A stretch of 64,000 nt of DNA, from contig CM076000.1 in NCBI GenBank assembly GCA_038087875.1, positions 1,240,001 through 1,304,000 on the forward strand. The letters run 5' to 3'. The notes below the pieces were generated by a model. That model searched no databases, was not told the DNA's origin, and worked only from the letters and a program-made list of their open reading frames with translations. Shown in pieces: positions 37,981-51,542 of this stretch. Numbering within the stretch: position 1 is the first letter of the stretch; each line of letters starts with the position of its first letter. The position numbers were made by a program, and so were the translations under genes. The DNA comes from Malacoraja senta. Taxonomy: Eukaryota.

Positions 37981-38486
37981 ATAGATATGCTGATATGCTG
38001 AGTCAGTTCAACATGTTTCAACATGACCATCAATGAAAGCAGCAGTTCTGACAATGTTATGGGACCCATGGAGAAGGAACTGTCCTTGCAGTGGAAAATC
38101 TATACTGCTACTGTTCAAGGTGCAAAATGTTGAAGCTGACGGCACCATTGTTCCCCTCCCCTTTGCATCTCTGTCTTACTGCTCTATTTTGTTTTGTTTA
38201 TTCTTGACTCTCAATGTAAAGCGACTTTGAGTCCTGAAAAGCGCTATATAAATAAAATGTATTGTTATTATTATTATTATTGTAATCTGAAAGCAATTTT
38301 ACTCTTCCCAGCACTTGACTGTATGACTTTAATCTACATATAGATCGGGCCAACCAAATTGGTAACAGTGCTGAGGAGGAGGATTTCCTGGAATGTATAC
38401 GGGGTGGGTTTTTAAATCAATATGTAGAGGAACCAACTAGAGGGCAGGCCATCCTAGACTGAGTATTGTGTAATGAGGAAGGATTA

Positions 38487-38719
38487 AGGGCCTGTCCCAC
38501 TTGGGCGTCATTTACGCGACATTATTTACGTGTCAGGACGAACGACGCACGTGTCATGACGCGCACGTGATGCGCGCATGGCGTGCATTACGCGCGCATG
38601 GTGCATGGTGACATAGACAGTGACGCGCGGTCACGTGCGGCGCCCCAGGATTTTGGGATTCACAAAATCTTCGCACCACCTGTGTGACGCGCAAATGAGG
38701 CCCAAGTGGGACAGGCCCT
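38487..38719. mobile_element. PIF/Harbinger-like palindromic MITE
   Basis: AGGGCCTGTCCCACTTGGGC...GCCCAAGTGGGACAGGCCCT with TTA/TAA flanks; interrupts CR1 ORF2. Confidence 0.8.
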
Positions 38720-39987
38720 TAAGTTAGCGATCTTGTTGTGCAAGGCCCCTTGGGCAAAAGTGGCCATAATATGGTGGAATTCTACATTAGGATGGAGAGT
38801 GACACGGTTAATTGAGAGACTAGGGTCCTGAACTTGAATAAAGGAGACTTTGAAGGTATGAAATGGGAATTGACTAGGATAGACTGGCAAATTATACTTA
38901 AAGGGTTGACAGTGGAGATGCAATGGCGAAGATTTAAAGACCACATGGATGAACTCCAGAAATTGTTCATCCCTGTCTGGCGAAAAAATAAAACAGGGAA
39001 GGCGGCTCAACCATGGCTGACGAGGAAAGTCAAGGATAGTGTTAAAGCCAAGGAAGAGGCATATGAATTGGCCAGAAGAAGCGGTAAACCAGAGGACTGG
39101 GATACATTTAGAACTCAACAGAGGAGGACAAAGGTGTTAATTAAGAGGGGTAAAAAAGAGCATGAAAGAAAGCTTGCGGGGAATATAAAAACTGACTGTA
39201 AAAGTTTCTTTAGATATGTAAAAATAAAAAGATTAGTGAAGACGAATGTAGGTCCCTTACAGTTAGAGACAGGTGAATTTATATTGGGAAACAAGGAAAT
39301 GGCAGAAAAGTTTAACGAGTACTTTGGTTCTGTCTTCACTAAGGAAGACAAAAACAATCTCCTGGAAATACTAGGGGACCAATGATCTAGTGAGAGGGAG
39401 GAACCAAAGGGAATCCACATTAGTCAGAAAATGGTTTTGGGACTGAAGGCAGATAAATCCCCAGAGCCTGAGCATCCCAGAGTACTCAAGGTGGTGGCCC
39501 AAGAAAGCGTGGATGCATTGGTGATCATTTGTCAAAGTTCTCTCGACTATAGATCAGTTCCTGTGGACTGGAGGGTAGCCAATGTAACTCCACTTTTTAA
39601 GAAAGGAGGGAGAGAGAAAACAGGGAATTATAGACCAGTTAGCCTTACATCGGTAGTGGGGAAGATGCTGGAGTCGATTATTAAAGATGTTATAGCAGCA
39701 CATTTGGAAAGCAATGACGGGATCGGTCAGTCAGCATGGATTTATGAAGGGGAAATCATGCGTGACTAATCTTTTGGAATTTTTTGAGGATGTAACAAGT
39801 AGAATGGATAAGGGAGAGCCAGTGGATGTGGTGTATCTGGACTTTCAAAAAGCCTTTGACAAGGTCCCACACAAGAGATCGGTGTGCAAAATTAGAGCAC
39901 ATGGTATTGGGGGTAGGGTATTGACATGGATCAAGAACTGGTTGGCAGAGAGGAAGCAAAGAGTAGGAATTAACGGGTCCCTTTCAG

Positions 39988-40641
39988 CAAGAACGGAACT
40001 CGCTATAAAAACATGGAGGGGACGGGGGACACAATTTTTTGCCGCACACTCACACACACGCACGCATGCGCACACTCACACACACGTGCGCAAGGCTTCG
40101 GAGGCTCAATCCAGCGCTAAATGCAGCTCAACTCTGCCTGTCTCGCCAGGTTAACTACAGCCCTGGCTGGACTGACGGGAAACCAGCGCTGCTTCTCCGC
40201 GCTGGCCATATTTCCCGCAAGTCCAAGCAGGTTCACCTGGCGGGACAGGCTGAGTTGAGCTTGGTTTAGTGCTGTTTCTCTGCGCTGGCTGTGGGCCTGG
40301 GGGCACAGCTCGCGTCTGACTGACCTCTCTGGCCACCCGTGGGGGGGGGACTCGGGACAGCACCGGAGACCCGGCCGGGATTGATCCTTCCTGCGGATGA
40401 GGCGCAGGTCTGTGCCACGTCTCCCTCCTCCAATCGCCGCACTCTATCCTCAGTCCCACCCCCCCGCCCCACTCCTCCCTCCTCCAATCATCGCGCCCTC
40501 GATCAGCAGTCCCACCCCCACTGTCTCGCGGAAAGCGGAGATTTTAAAATACGGATCACAAAAACTTGGGGGGGATGTCCCCCACCACTCAAAACATGGG
40601 GGGGACGTGTCCCCTCTGCCCCCCCGGGTTTTCCGCCCTTG
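39988..40641. mobile_element. hAT-like non-autonomous element inside CR1 RT
   Basis: 8-bp TSD CCTTTCAG (39980-87, 40642-49); imperfect TIR CAAGAACGGAA / TTCCGCCCTTG. Confidence 0.8.
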
Positions 40642-42326
40642 CCTTTCAGAATGGCAGGCATTGACTAGTGGGGTGCCGCATGGCTCGGTGCTGGGACCCC
40701 AGTTGTTTCCAATATATATTAACGATTTAGACAAGGGATTTAAATGTAACATCTCTAAGTTAGCAGATGACACAAAGCTGGGTGGCAGTGTGAGCTGCGA
40801 GGAGGATGCTATGAGGCTGCAGGGTGACTTGGATAGGTTGGGCGAGTGGGCAGAAGCATGGCAGATGCAGTATAATGTGGATAAATGTGAGGTTATTCAA
40901 CAGGAACAGGAAAGCAGATTATTATCTGAATGGTGTCAGGTTGGGAGAAGGGGAGGTGCAAGGAGACCAGGGTGTGCTTGTACATCAGTCATTGAAAGTA
41001 AGCATGCAGGTACAGCAGGCAGTGAAGAAAGCTGATGGCATGTTGGCTTTCATTGCGAGAGGATTTGAGTTTAGGAGCAAGGAGGTCCTACTGCAGTTGT
41101 ACAGGGCCCTGGTGAGACCGCACCTGGAGTATTGTGTGCAATTTTGGTCCCCTAATTTGAGGAAGGACATTATTGCTACCTGATTAATTCCCGGGATGGC
41201 GGGACTGACGTATGATGAAATAATGGGTCGACTGGGCTTGTATTCACTGGAATTTGGAAGGATGAGAGGGTATCTTATAGAAAAATATAAAATTCTTAGA
41301 GGATTAGTCAGGGTAGATACAGGAAAAATGTTCCCGATGTTGGGGGAGTCCAGAACCAGGGGTCACAGTTTAGGAATAAGGGGTAGGCCATTTAGGACTG
41401 AAAACTTTTTCACCTAGACAGTTGTGAATCTGGGTGAATTCACTGGATGTGTTCAAGAGAGAGTTAGATTTGGCTCTTAGGGCTAAGGGAATCAAGGGAT
41501 ATGGGGAAAAAGCCAGAATGGGGTACTGATTTTGGATGATCAGCCATGATCATATTGAATGGCGGTGCTGGGTCGAAGGGCCGAATGGCCTACTCCTGCA
41601 CCTATTTTCTATGTTTCTATGACTCGCTTCAAGGGAGCAGTGACTCCATCAATAGTTTACTGCTGCCCTCTGCTGGTTGATGTCCTGATATACGGGGCCT
41701 GAACCATATAAGTGGATAGACACAAAATGCTGGAGTAACTCAGCGGGACAGGCAGCATTGCTGGAGAGAAGGAATGGGTGACCTTTCGGGTCAAGACCCT
41801 TCTTCAGAAGGAATTTTCTTTTGCATGGTTTTATGTAGAGTGAGTAAACAATGCAATCTAGCTGCCACATGGAGTTGACAGAGTAAAGTTTTGATCCAGT
41901 GGCAAGGGGGACCAATGTGATTGGAGACCAGGCTCTATTGCATAAGATTTAATGCCATCACTTCGTGGGTGTTGCTTTTTATACAAAACTAGACTAAGTG
42001 GGACCCATTGGGTCCCGTCCCCATATGCGGGGGGGGGGGGGGCGCGGCGCGGCGTCACACGGGAGGGCTGGTCCCCGAACGCAATATTCCACCACTCAAC
42101 CATAGCTCCCAACTGTGCAGGCGTGGCTGATGGGTTCCCGACATAGAAAATGGAGGCATTACTGTGCAGGTTAAGTGACACGTTGGGTCTGTTCCCCCAA
42201 CGTAAGATTTCACCACTTGCCCATTCCCCCAACGTAATATTGCACCACTCATGCATAGCCCCCAACTGTGCAGGCGCGGCTCATTTTTCCTCATCCCCCA
42301 GCACTCTCTCCTCTTCCTCTTCACCC

Positions 42327-42770
42327 TAGAGAGGAAGGGGTGATAGAGGGGGAGGGCTGGTAGAGAGGGAGGGGGATAGAGGGAGGGGGGTAGAGAGGGA
42401 GGGGGTGCATAGAGGGAGGGGTGCAGAGAGGGAGGGGCAGAGGGAGGGGGATGGGGTAGAGAGGGAGAGAGAGAGTGGTAGCAAGGGATAGGGAGGGGGT
42501 AGAGAGGGAGGGGGAGAGGGAGGGGAGTAGAGGGAGGGTAGAGGGAGGGGGTAGAGAGGAAGAGGGGTAGAGAGGGAGGGGGGTAGAGAGGGAGGGGGTA
42601 GAGAAGGAGGGGGGTAGAGAGGGAGGGGGTAGAGAGGGAGGGGGGTAGAGAGGGAGGGTAGAGTGGGAGGGAGGGTAGAGAGGGAGAGGCGAGGGTGGTA
42701 GAGGGCGAGGGGGTAGAGGGGGTGGGGGGTAGAGAGGGTAGGAGTGAGGGTCGATAGGGAGGGGGTGTCA
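42327..42770 (+). repeat. Polypurine minisatellite, about (GGGGTAGAGAGGGA)n
   Basis: Visible tandem units, almost only G/A on the plus strand. Confidence 0.9.
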
Positions 42771-42889
42771 CCCTCCTCCACCTCCCCCGCATCTCCCTCT
42801 ACCACCCCACTCCCCACCCCATCTCTGCCCCAGGGCCTACCCAGTTCATAGAGTAACGCCTGGAACTCGGCCTGGTTCTTATACTCGTC

Positions 42890-43790
42890 CAGAGCCGGAT
42901 TTTGATGAAGAGAGACCCTCGGCTATTCCACGCAAGGCCCCTCCCAATCACTTGTGAGGCCCCTCCCAAGGCTAACATTTTTAAATAGCCAAAGTATCCA
43001 AATAACAAACTGATCCCATTCACACAAGAATTCACAATATAACATGATTTTTAAATCTCACTTTGTCATGAGTTTATATGCCAAATGGAAGGAATTTAAT
43101 GTTTAATCCAGAAACATCCACTCTTAAGATAATCAAAATCAATATTTTTTGCACAATACATCTGACTAAAACGGTACTGTGGATATTTAGTATGAAAATA
43201 TTGATCATGGATAGACACTAGCACAAAATATAGATGATTTAGATGTTCTTACGACATGATTGTTCAAAAAAATAATGAATTAGATTATCTTGAGAGTGCA
43301 TGTTTTTGGATTGTGATCGATTGGAATGTAGCAGGCAAGACACGGCCGATTCGTATCGGGGCCTAAATAACATTTTTCGCATCAGCAGATTAATATGAAG
43401 CCACAACAAAAAGCAAGAAAATATGTTAAATAAACGACACACCTTTTGTTTTGTCCTGCACTTGCGATCTGTGATGTTGAAGGCGTTTTTAGTCGCGTTT
43501 AACTTAAATCTAACGGAAACGGGAGCGCAATCGCAGAACGGATTTTTTTCATCAGCTAGCAGTCCGAGCAAATTCCTCTCCGACAACCAATACAAACCTG
43601 CATTTTAATCCTGCCCCTCCCCAAAGCCTCCGGAATCGCATGCACAAGCAGCAGGCAGATCTGCAGCGCCACTGATGGTAGGTTTTGTAACAACACTACT
43701 ATGACAGTGTCAAAAATATTATACACCTTGGCCGGAGGCCCCCTAGATTTTGAGGCCCTTGGCTTCAGCCTATAGGTAAATCCGGCTCTG
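42890..43790. mobile_element. hAT-like non-autonomous element nested in a Helitron
   Basis: TIR CAGAGCCGGATTT / AAATCCGGCTCTG; 8-bp TSD TACTCGTC / TACTCGGC. Confidence 0.75.
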
Positions 43791-46199
43791 TACTCGGCCC
43801 TGGCTTGGTTCCAGCAGCGGCTTTATTTTCGGCCCCGGGCTCGGCTTTCACTCCAGCTCGAGCACCAGGCTCGGCTCCAGCCAGGGCCCATAGCACCACC
43901 CCTGCCACCAGGTGTCAGGCGTTGGTGGTCATGGCCCCATCCCAAGCCCCGGGCTTGGCTCTCACTCCAGCCCCACGCTCTACGTCGGGCGCCAGCAGCG
44001 GCCGCCACGCGAGTGCACTGGAGTGCCCCTCCCTCCTGAAGTGTCCCGTCCTGCCTTGCGAGTTCATTGTGATGTCACTCGGGTGCGCTGGAGTGCACCT
44101 CTCTCTCGGAATGTCCCGTCCTGCCTAGCGAGTCCATTGTGACGTCACTCGTTTTTTTTTACCGAAATAGGTGAGTTTTCTTGCTTTTTATAAAACTTTA
44201 AACGATTACAAAGTACGGAAATATAGGTGGGAATGTGACGGGAAGATGTTTATCGCCTCGACGGGAAAAATGTGAGTAGAATATGTAAAAATGGGAAGGC
44301 TGTGGCCTAGCGTTTGGAAGAAAATAGGAAAATAGAAATTGGCACACACACATACACACAGACAGCCACAAACAAGACGAAAAGTTTTAGCAATAGTATT
44401 GTTCAATTAATCTATTGATACTACCAGTCAAAATTTGAAAACTGAGATGAATGAGGAGGAACAGCACCTCATATTTTGCTTGGGCAGCTTACAACCTCGC
44501 GGAATGAATATTGATTTCTTTAATTTCAAGTAACCTTGCATCCCCTCTCCAAAGTTCCACCACCCTAGTCGTCGTACTAGTTTCACTGGTGTCCTGCTGA
44601 GTTTCACAGTTGGTATCACTCGTTATCACCTTCCCCGCAGCCAACAATGGACCCTTGTGAGCTCCACCCTACCTTGATCATCGTTGCTGACTTTGTTTTG
44701 TTCTTTTGCATATCGTTTATATTTCGTTTCCCACTCCCCTGACTCTCAGTCTGAAGAAGGGTCTTCACCCGAAACGTCACATATTCCTTTTCTCCAGAGA
44801 TGCTGCTTGACCTGCTGAGTTATTCCAGCTTTTTTTGTCTATCTTGAATGAAGAGCTTTCAGCTTTAGCTTTGAAAACAGAAAACCTTACTTTAAATTAT
44901 GAACCAGAGTCAAATGTATAACATTTTTTAACTAGAAACCTTCAACTAGATTGTTTCTATGCTATTCTTGTATTTAATGCCGTGGCATTTTTAGATTCCT
45001 GTGGATAACGTTAATGGTTAAAAAAAACCTTGTAGTCAATAACATTTCTGATGGTCTAGGTAATTTAATGCACTCATCAGTATTTTCTAGTTTGAGATAT
45101 AGGTGTCAGAGGTTAATTCCATGTCCTATATAACAAGACTGGGATCCTCCTGTTGCAAATACAACACACAAATGAGTTGCGTGCTAAGCGAATTAGTGAG
45201 AGAAAAATATGTTGACTCCATTCTATTGGCATTCACTGTAAAGCTGACACCAACACATGCAGAAATCTTGAAGTTGTTGTCAGTTATCCTTTTCTCCACA
45301 GGCAACCTTCTTCGAACAGAATCAAGGATATCACTTGAATTAAGTTAACACATATAAATTACTTATACATTGCTTTGAAATTGTTAAGTCTCGTAGTACG
45401 AGATCACAGTGAATGTTTAAATGATTTCAGATATAATTACTCCTTAGATAATTTTCTATCCCTAAAATATGTACGGTATATGCCTTTTACTTTTCTTGTT
45501 TAAATATTTCCAAATGTAATGGATTTCAAATTTCTTGTATAATTCAAAGAATATATTTTGATATTCCAGCTTCTATCTTACTTACATTCAAACAATCCAA
45601 TATTTATTTAAAATTTTGTTAAATGTTTAAAAAAAGCAAAGTAAAAGTTGTGCTTTATTCATTCTTGGCTTGCACCTTTAGGATTACATCAGTCTTACTG
45701 TACACCGAGCAACCTTTCTCACAGAAACTTAGGAAGTATTTCTGTGCTCTGGTAGAAATATGTGTAACAAGAATTAAAGAGGAGTTTCAAGCAGACTGGA
45801 AACAAATTTAGCAGACTGTAACACGAAGAAAGATTGTGGATGGGAAAGCAAATTTTAAGGACATGGCAGTTTTTTTGAAAGGATAAATGATGCAGTTGTT
45901 TTGGAAAAGAAAGGGAATAATACCTGACAGAAGCAATTCAGCATTGGTATTGATTTATTATTGTCATGTGTGGTGAAAAGCTTTTGTTTGCGTGCTAGCC
46001 AATTAAAGTAGATGACACTGTACCTGAATACAATCAAGCCATACAATCAAGCCATACATAAATACAATAGGTAAAGCAAAGAGGAAAATACCAGAGTGCA
46101 GAATATAGTTTTCACTATTGTAGCTTTACAGTTCCAGAGAAAACGACTAGTGTCTGCAAAGAGGTAGATTGTAAGATTGGGACTGCACCCTAGCTCTGC

Positions 46200-47270
46200 A
46201 GAAGGACTTGGACAGGTCGGGATAGTGGGCAAAGAGGTGGCAAATGGAATACAGTGCAGCAAAGTGTATGGTCATGCACTTTGGTCAAAGGAGTAAAGGC
46301 ATAGGCTATTTTCTATATGGGGAGAGGATTCAGAAATCGGAGGTGCAAAGGGTCTTGAGCGTGCTGGTGTAGGATTTTCAAAAGGTTAATTTGCAGGTTT
46401 GCAAGTTGAGTCAGTGGTAAGGAAGGCAAATGCAATGCTAGCATCCATTTCGAGGGGACTAGAATATAAAAACAGGGCTGCAATGCTGAGGATTTATAGG
46501 GTGCTGGTGAGACCACATTTGGAATATTGTGAGCAGTTTTTAGCCCAATATCTGAGGAAGGATGTGCTGGCATTGAAGAGGGTCCAATGGAAGTTTACCA
46601 GAATGTTCCTGGGGATGATTGGGTTAACGTATGAGGAGCGTTTGATAACTCTGGGCCTGTACTCACTGGAGTTTAGATTTCGTTGAAACCAACCGAATAT
46701 GAAAGGCCTAAATAGAGTGGACGTGAAAAGGACGTTTCCAGTAATGGGAGAGTCTAGAACCAGAGGGCACAGCCTCAGAATAAAAGGACATACCTTTAGA
46801 ATGGAGATAAGGAGTAATTTCTTTAGCCAGTGTCTGGTGAATCTGTCGAATTATTTGCCACAGAAGGCTGTGGAGGCAAAGTCAGTGGGGATATATTTAA
46901 GGCAGAGATAGATAGATTCTTGATTAGTACGGGTGTCAGAGGTTATGGGGAGAAGGCATGAGAATGGGGTTTGGAGGGAAAGATCAGCCATGATTCAATG
47001 GTGGAGTAGACTTGATGGGCTGAATGGCCTAATTCTGCTCCTATCACTTACGATCTACTGTTTGGGGATTCATTACCACAGATGGCTGTGGAGCCCAGGA
47101 CATTTGATATTTTTAAAACTGAGATTGATAGGTTCTTGATTAGCAAGGATGTCAAAGGCTACGGGGAGAAATCAGGAAAATGTGGTTGAGAAGGAAAAAT
47201 AGATCACCCATGATCAAATAGGGGAGTAGACTCGAGCAGCTGAATGGCCCAATTCTGCTCCTATGTCATG
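46200..47270 (+). mobile_element. Degraded CR1 3' fragments
   Basis: VRKANAMLA...LVRPHLEYC, GESRTRGHSLRI; two 3' ends in tandem. Confidence 0.8.
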
Positions 47271-47345
47271 CTGGAAATATAAAAATATAAAATGCTGGAT
47301 ATCCGAATACGTTTCTCTCAACAGGTTACCAACTCTACTTCATTA

Positions 47346-49896
47346 AACCCCTGTCTCACGGTGCGAGTTGACCCACGAGGTACCCTGAGTTTAAAACAAA
47401 TTTAACTCGTGGTAATTACGTACGATTAACGTAGTGGGAACGTCGGAATTCGTGGACGCAACTTAGCGACTCGTGGCGCTAACGGCAGGTACCCGTGAAA
47501 CTTGTTAACTCTTGAAAACATTCAAACATGTTTAAAGTTTTCCACGAGTAAAATGTACTCTTGAGGTTAAAAATTGAAACATTTAAACATGTTGTAAGAA
47601 CGTAGTGGCCCGTGCGATTACCTTTGTGACTCGTGAGTCTACTGTGGGAACTCTTTAACTCAGCGGTCAGGCAACATCTCTGGAGAGAAGGAATGGGTGA
47701 CGGGATGACGTTTCCAAATTTCTGCTGTGTCTTTGTGTAACTCCAGCACTGTGTGTTCACTTTTTGTCAACCAGCATCTGCCCTTTCTTGTGTATGACAT
47801 TATTTGTATCCGTCGCAGTTGATTGTCGCTCCCTTCAGTTTCCCAGGGGGTCGGGACGGGACTGGAGTTGGGAGGGAAAGGTGTGGGGGGGGGGGGGTGT
47901 AGGGAGGGGGGGGTTGGGGTGACTTAGTACGGGAGACAAGTGTACTGACTGTGTGGGCAGACACTTTGGTAGTGATTGCCCATGGGGTTCACTGTCGAGG
48001 ACTTCATAATGCAGGAAGCATTATAAACAGTGGAGCGATTAACCTGGAAAGGGGGGAGACTTCTCTCTGAGTTGGACCCAGGAAACTGAAGCAGGAATTT
48101 TCTTGAGGTTATTAACGACAGATAAATGGGTGGGAAGGGTTTAGAGGGCTATGGGCCACATGCAGGCAAAAAGGACTACCCCAAGACGCCAACTTGGACG
48201 GCACGGCCTATCTGGGCCGAAGGACCTGTTTTCGTGTGGTACAGCACCATGACTAAAGCCTATCCAGTGGGATTGACATGTTTTGTATTTTTCCTTTCTA
48301 AAGATGCAGTGTATTTTGGTGCAGACCAGAAGCGCCTTCAATACCCAGAGAGAAGGGATGGGCGGGTTAGGTGAGCAGGAGAGTGGGGTTGTTTGCAGTT
48401 GCAGAGGGAGGGGGCAAGGGCGGTACAGTTCCCAGTCTCAGCTCCTGTTCTACCGAGCGTGTGGACGTGGACGGGTGGCTTGGTTGGCGGCGGCCCATGG
48501 TGTGGCAGAGCCGGCGTGCCCACTGACTCACATCCCCCCCCCCCCTCCCGGTCCAGGGCCACACTGGGAGAGAGCCCCCGAACATCTGCCCCGGGGCGAC
48601 GGGCACTGACCTGCTGGCATCGCCGACGTGAAGACAGTGCAAAGCCCCCGCGCCCGGTGCAATGGGCGGGGAGCTGGAGAGGGGAGGGAAGGGGTCACGC
48701 ACATGGCCGGGAAGTGGAGGGGTGGGGGTGGCGACAGACAGGGCCAACAATGAGATGGAGAAAGACAGAAACACCGACGTGTAAAGGAGACCTACAATAG
48801 TGCATGATCTCTCTCGCGTTATGGCGGGTGATTGTCGCCTGCCCGCTGTTTCTGACGCTAAAGCCTTGGGACCGTTGCCCTTCGTGTTGGCGTGGAGGGG
48901 GGGGGGGGGGGGGTATTGTGCTGTTTGATCGCCCCCTGCTATCCCAGGGACAGGGAGACACAGCGGCTTTTGAGACTGGTGGGCAATCACTACCAAAGTG
49001 TCTGCCCACACAGTCAGTACACCTCTCCTACACTTGTCTCCTGCACTAAGATCATCCCGCAGAGAATGATCCCAGCCTAACCCAAGAGCCTTGTCACCCC
49101 AGACAGATTAATGACGCCCGCGCATCCTCCCCCCCCCCACCCCCAACCTTCCTCCACCTCAACTCACGCCTGGGCACCAAAGCAGCTCAGGAGGCGAACC
49201 CTGAGCTCCGTCTCCCAACAATCTGATGTGCAACTGATGTGAAAGAACAGCGGCTGTGGCCGGCCGGCACCCGGCATGGACTTCTCACACCCTCACACAC
49301 GAAAAGTGTGTGCGAATAAACAAAAACAAGGAATAAAACCAAAGCCCGGCTTGAAAGGCAACTAAAAATATATTCCGCTTAGAACGAGCAGGCGCGGAGA
49401 CATCCGTCCACATTCAAAGATTTCATCTCCCGTCTCCCCGCAGTGTGTGGACCTGGCAGTAAATTCAATTAAAATATAGCAAACCTCCGCTCGCTGGTCT
49501 TCTAACTACGTGATGTGTGTTTCAAACAAATCATAAGTATAACTGCTCTGGCACTGGACAGTGCGCATTTTCCCTTTGTAGGTCAAATCAATAGATGCGG
49601 CCGCGCTGAATTCTATCTTTAACTCAAAGCCGCAGGTGGGAGATGTCTTCTTTAACACTGTTGCTTATTAAAACAGAACTTCATTCATGGTTGGCTCAAG
49701 AGTAACTCGGGAGAGGAACTTGGTAACTCGGGAGACGAACTTGGAACATCTCAGAAATGACAAGTAAACGGCAAACGTAGTCATACCCGTGGGAACTCGG
49801 TTAAACTCTTGATCATACACTTGTAATCTCGTACACAACCACGAGTCTTTCAATCGGGGTACCTCGTGGGTCAGCTCGCACCGTGAGACAGGGCTT
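47346..49896. mobile_element. Large non-autonomous PIF/Harbinger-like element
   Basis: TIR AACCCCTGTCTCACGGTGCGAGTTGACCCACGAGGTACCC mirrored at ~49857-49896; TTA TSD. Confidence 0.8.
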
Positions 49897-51542
49897 TTAG
49901 TCTGAAGTAGGTTCCCTCCACTTCATTAGTCTGAAGTAGGTTCCTGACCTGAAAGATCGTCTGTCCATTTTCCTCCACAGATTTGTGCCTGACCAGCTGA
50001 ATTCCTCCAGCAGTTTGTTTTTGCTTGGGATTCCTGCATCCGCAGCCTCTTGTTCTCCAGGTTTAACTGTTTCTCTCTCCACAAATGCTCTCTGACCTGC
50101 TGAGATTTCTCCCACCCAACACCCCACATTTTCTCCTTTTATTCATACTGTATATATAAGACCTAGAATCAAAGAGTTACACAGCACAGAAACTGGCCCA
50201 TTGGCCCTTCTCGTCCGTGCTGACCACAATGCCGCATCTAAGCTAATCCCATTTGCCTGCTTTTGGTTCATATGCCTCTGAACCTTTCTTGGTGGACGAT
50301 CAGCCATGATCACAATGAATGGCGGTGCTGGCTCGAAGGGCCGAATGGCCTCCTCCTGCACCTATTTTCTATGTATCTATGTTTATCCATGTTCCTGTCC
50401 AAATGTCCTTTAAATGTTGTTATAGTGCCTGCCTCAACCACCTTCTCTGGCAGTTCATTCCATAAATCCACCATCCTCTGTGTGTTTGACAGCATTGGGC
50501 CTGTACTTGCTTGAAACTTACCAAGTAGTGAAAGGCCTGGATAGAGTGGATGTGGAGAGGATGTTTCCACTAGTGGGAGAGTCTAGAACCAGAGCCCATA
50601 GCCTCAGAATAAAAGAACGTACCTTTATCAAGACGATGAGAAGGAATTTCTTTAGTCAGAATGGTGGTGAATCTGTGGAATTCATTGCCGCAGACGGTGG
50701 TGAATCTATGGAATTCATTGCCGCAGACGGTTGTGGAGGCCAAGTCATTGGGTGTTTTTAAGGCTAAGAGATGTCACCTTAAGAAATGTTCTGTACCCTC
50801 ACTTTATTTTGTCCAACTTGCCTCTAATGGTGAGCAGTCAGCATCTTCATCACCTTAGAACAGGTGATGGAGAGTGTAGGAAGGAACTGCAGATGCTGAT
50901 TTACACCAACTATGGACAAAATGTTGGAGTAACTCAGCAGGACAGGCAGCATCTCTGGAGAGAAGGAATGGGTGATGTTTCGGCTCGAAGCCCATCTTCA
51001 GACTGAGAGGGGAGAGAGAGAATTAGAGATACGGAAGGTTGTGAAAATGACAGATCAAAGGGGACGATGATCAAGGAGAATGTAGAATGGGTCATTTTTG
51101 GCTGAGGAGAAGGTGACAATGAGGCATGCATTCAGTAAAACTAATCAGGATAGTGAAACTAGTGGGAGAACTAGTATGGAGAGAGAGAGGGGAAGCAAGG
51201 GCTACTTGAAGTTAGTGGTTGCTAAACACTTTAACTTCCCCCTCCCATTCCCACCCTGACCTTCCTGTTCAAATTGGAGGATCAGCCCCTCATATTTTGC
51301 TTGGGCAGCTGACACCCCAACAGTATGGACATTGACTTCTCTAACTTCAAGTAACTCTTGCTTTCCCTCTCTCCATGCCCTCCCCTTCACAGCTCTCTGA
51401 CCAGTCTCTTTGTTCATTCCCTTTGTCCTGTTTTCATACCTTACACTTGCTTATCTATGTACCTCCCTCTTCCCTGACATCAGTCTGAAGAAGGGTCTCG
51501 ACCCGAAACGTCACCCATTCATCCTTCTCTCCAGAGATACTG

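Larger units (their letters stand above)
38325..41621 (+). mobile_element. 5'-truncated CR1 LINE ORF2 (end of APE domain, RT, 3' tail), degenerate
   Basis: DFN..., NYRPVSLTSVVGK, QHGFMKGKSC, YLDFQKAFDKVPH, GVPHGSVLGP, ADDTKL, RPHLEYCVQFW; (TTTCTATG)n tail. Confidence 0.92.
41989..44398 (-). mobile_element. Non-autonomous Helitron with nested insertions (5' boundary approximate)
   Basis: CTAG end at 41989-92 and perfect-stem hairpin GGGACCC-ATT-GGGTCCC (42000-16); diverged 5' end near 44375-44398. Confidence 0.62.

Noticed and set aside
40397..41035. 212-aa ORF
   Set aside because: Chimera of the hAT insert and CR1 RT, ending in a frameshift
42055..42817. 245-aa and 163-aa Pro/Ser/Leu-rich ORFs
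   Set aside because: Translations of the polypurine minisatellite; no evidence of coding function
48126..49080. Several GC-rich ORFs up to 214 aa
   Set aside because: Inside a non-autonomous TIR element; no transposase or other recognisable motifs
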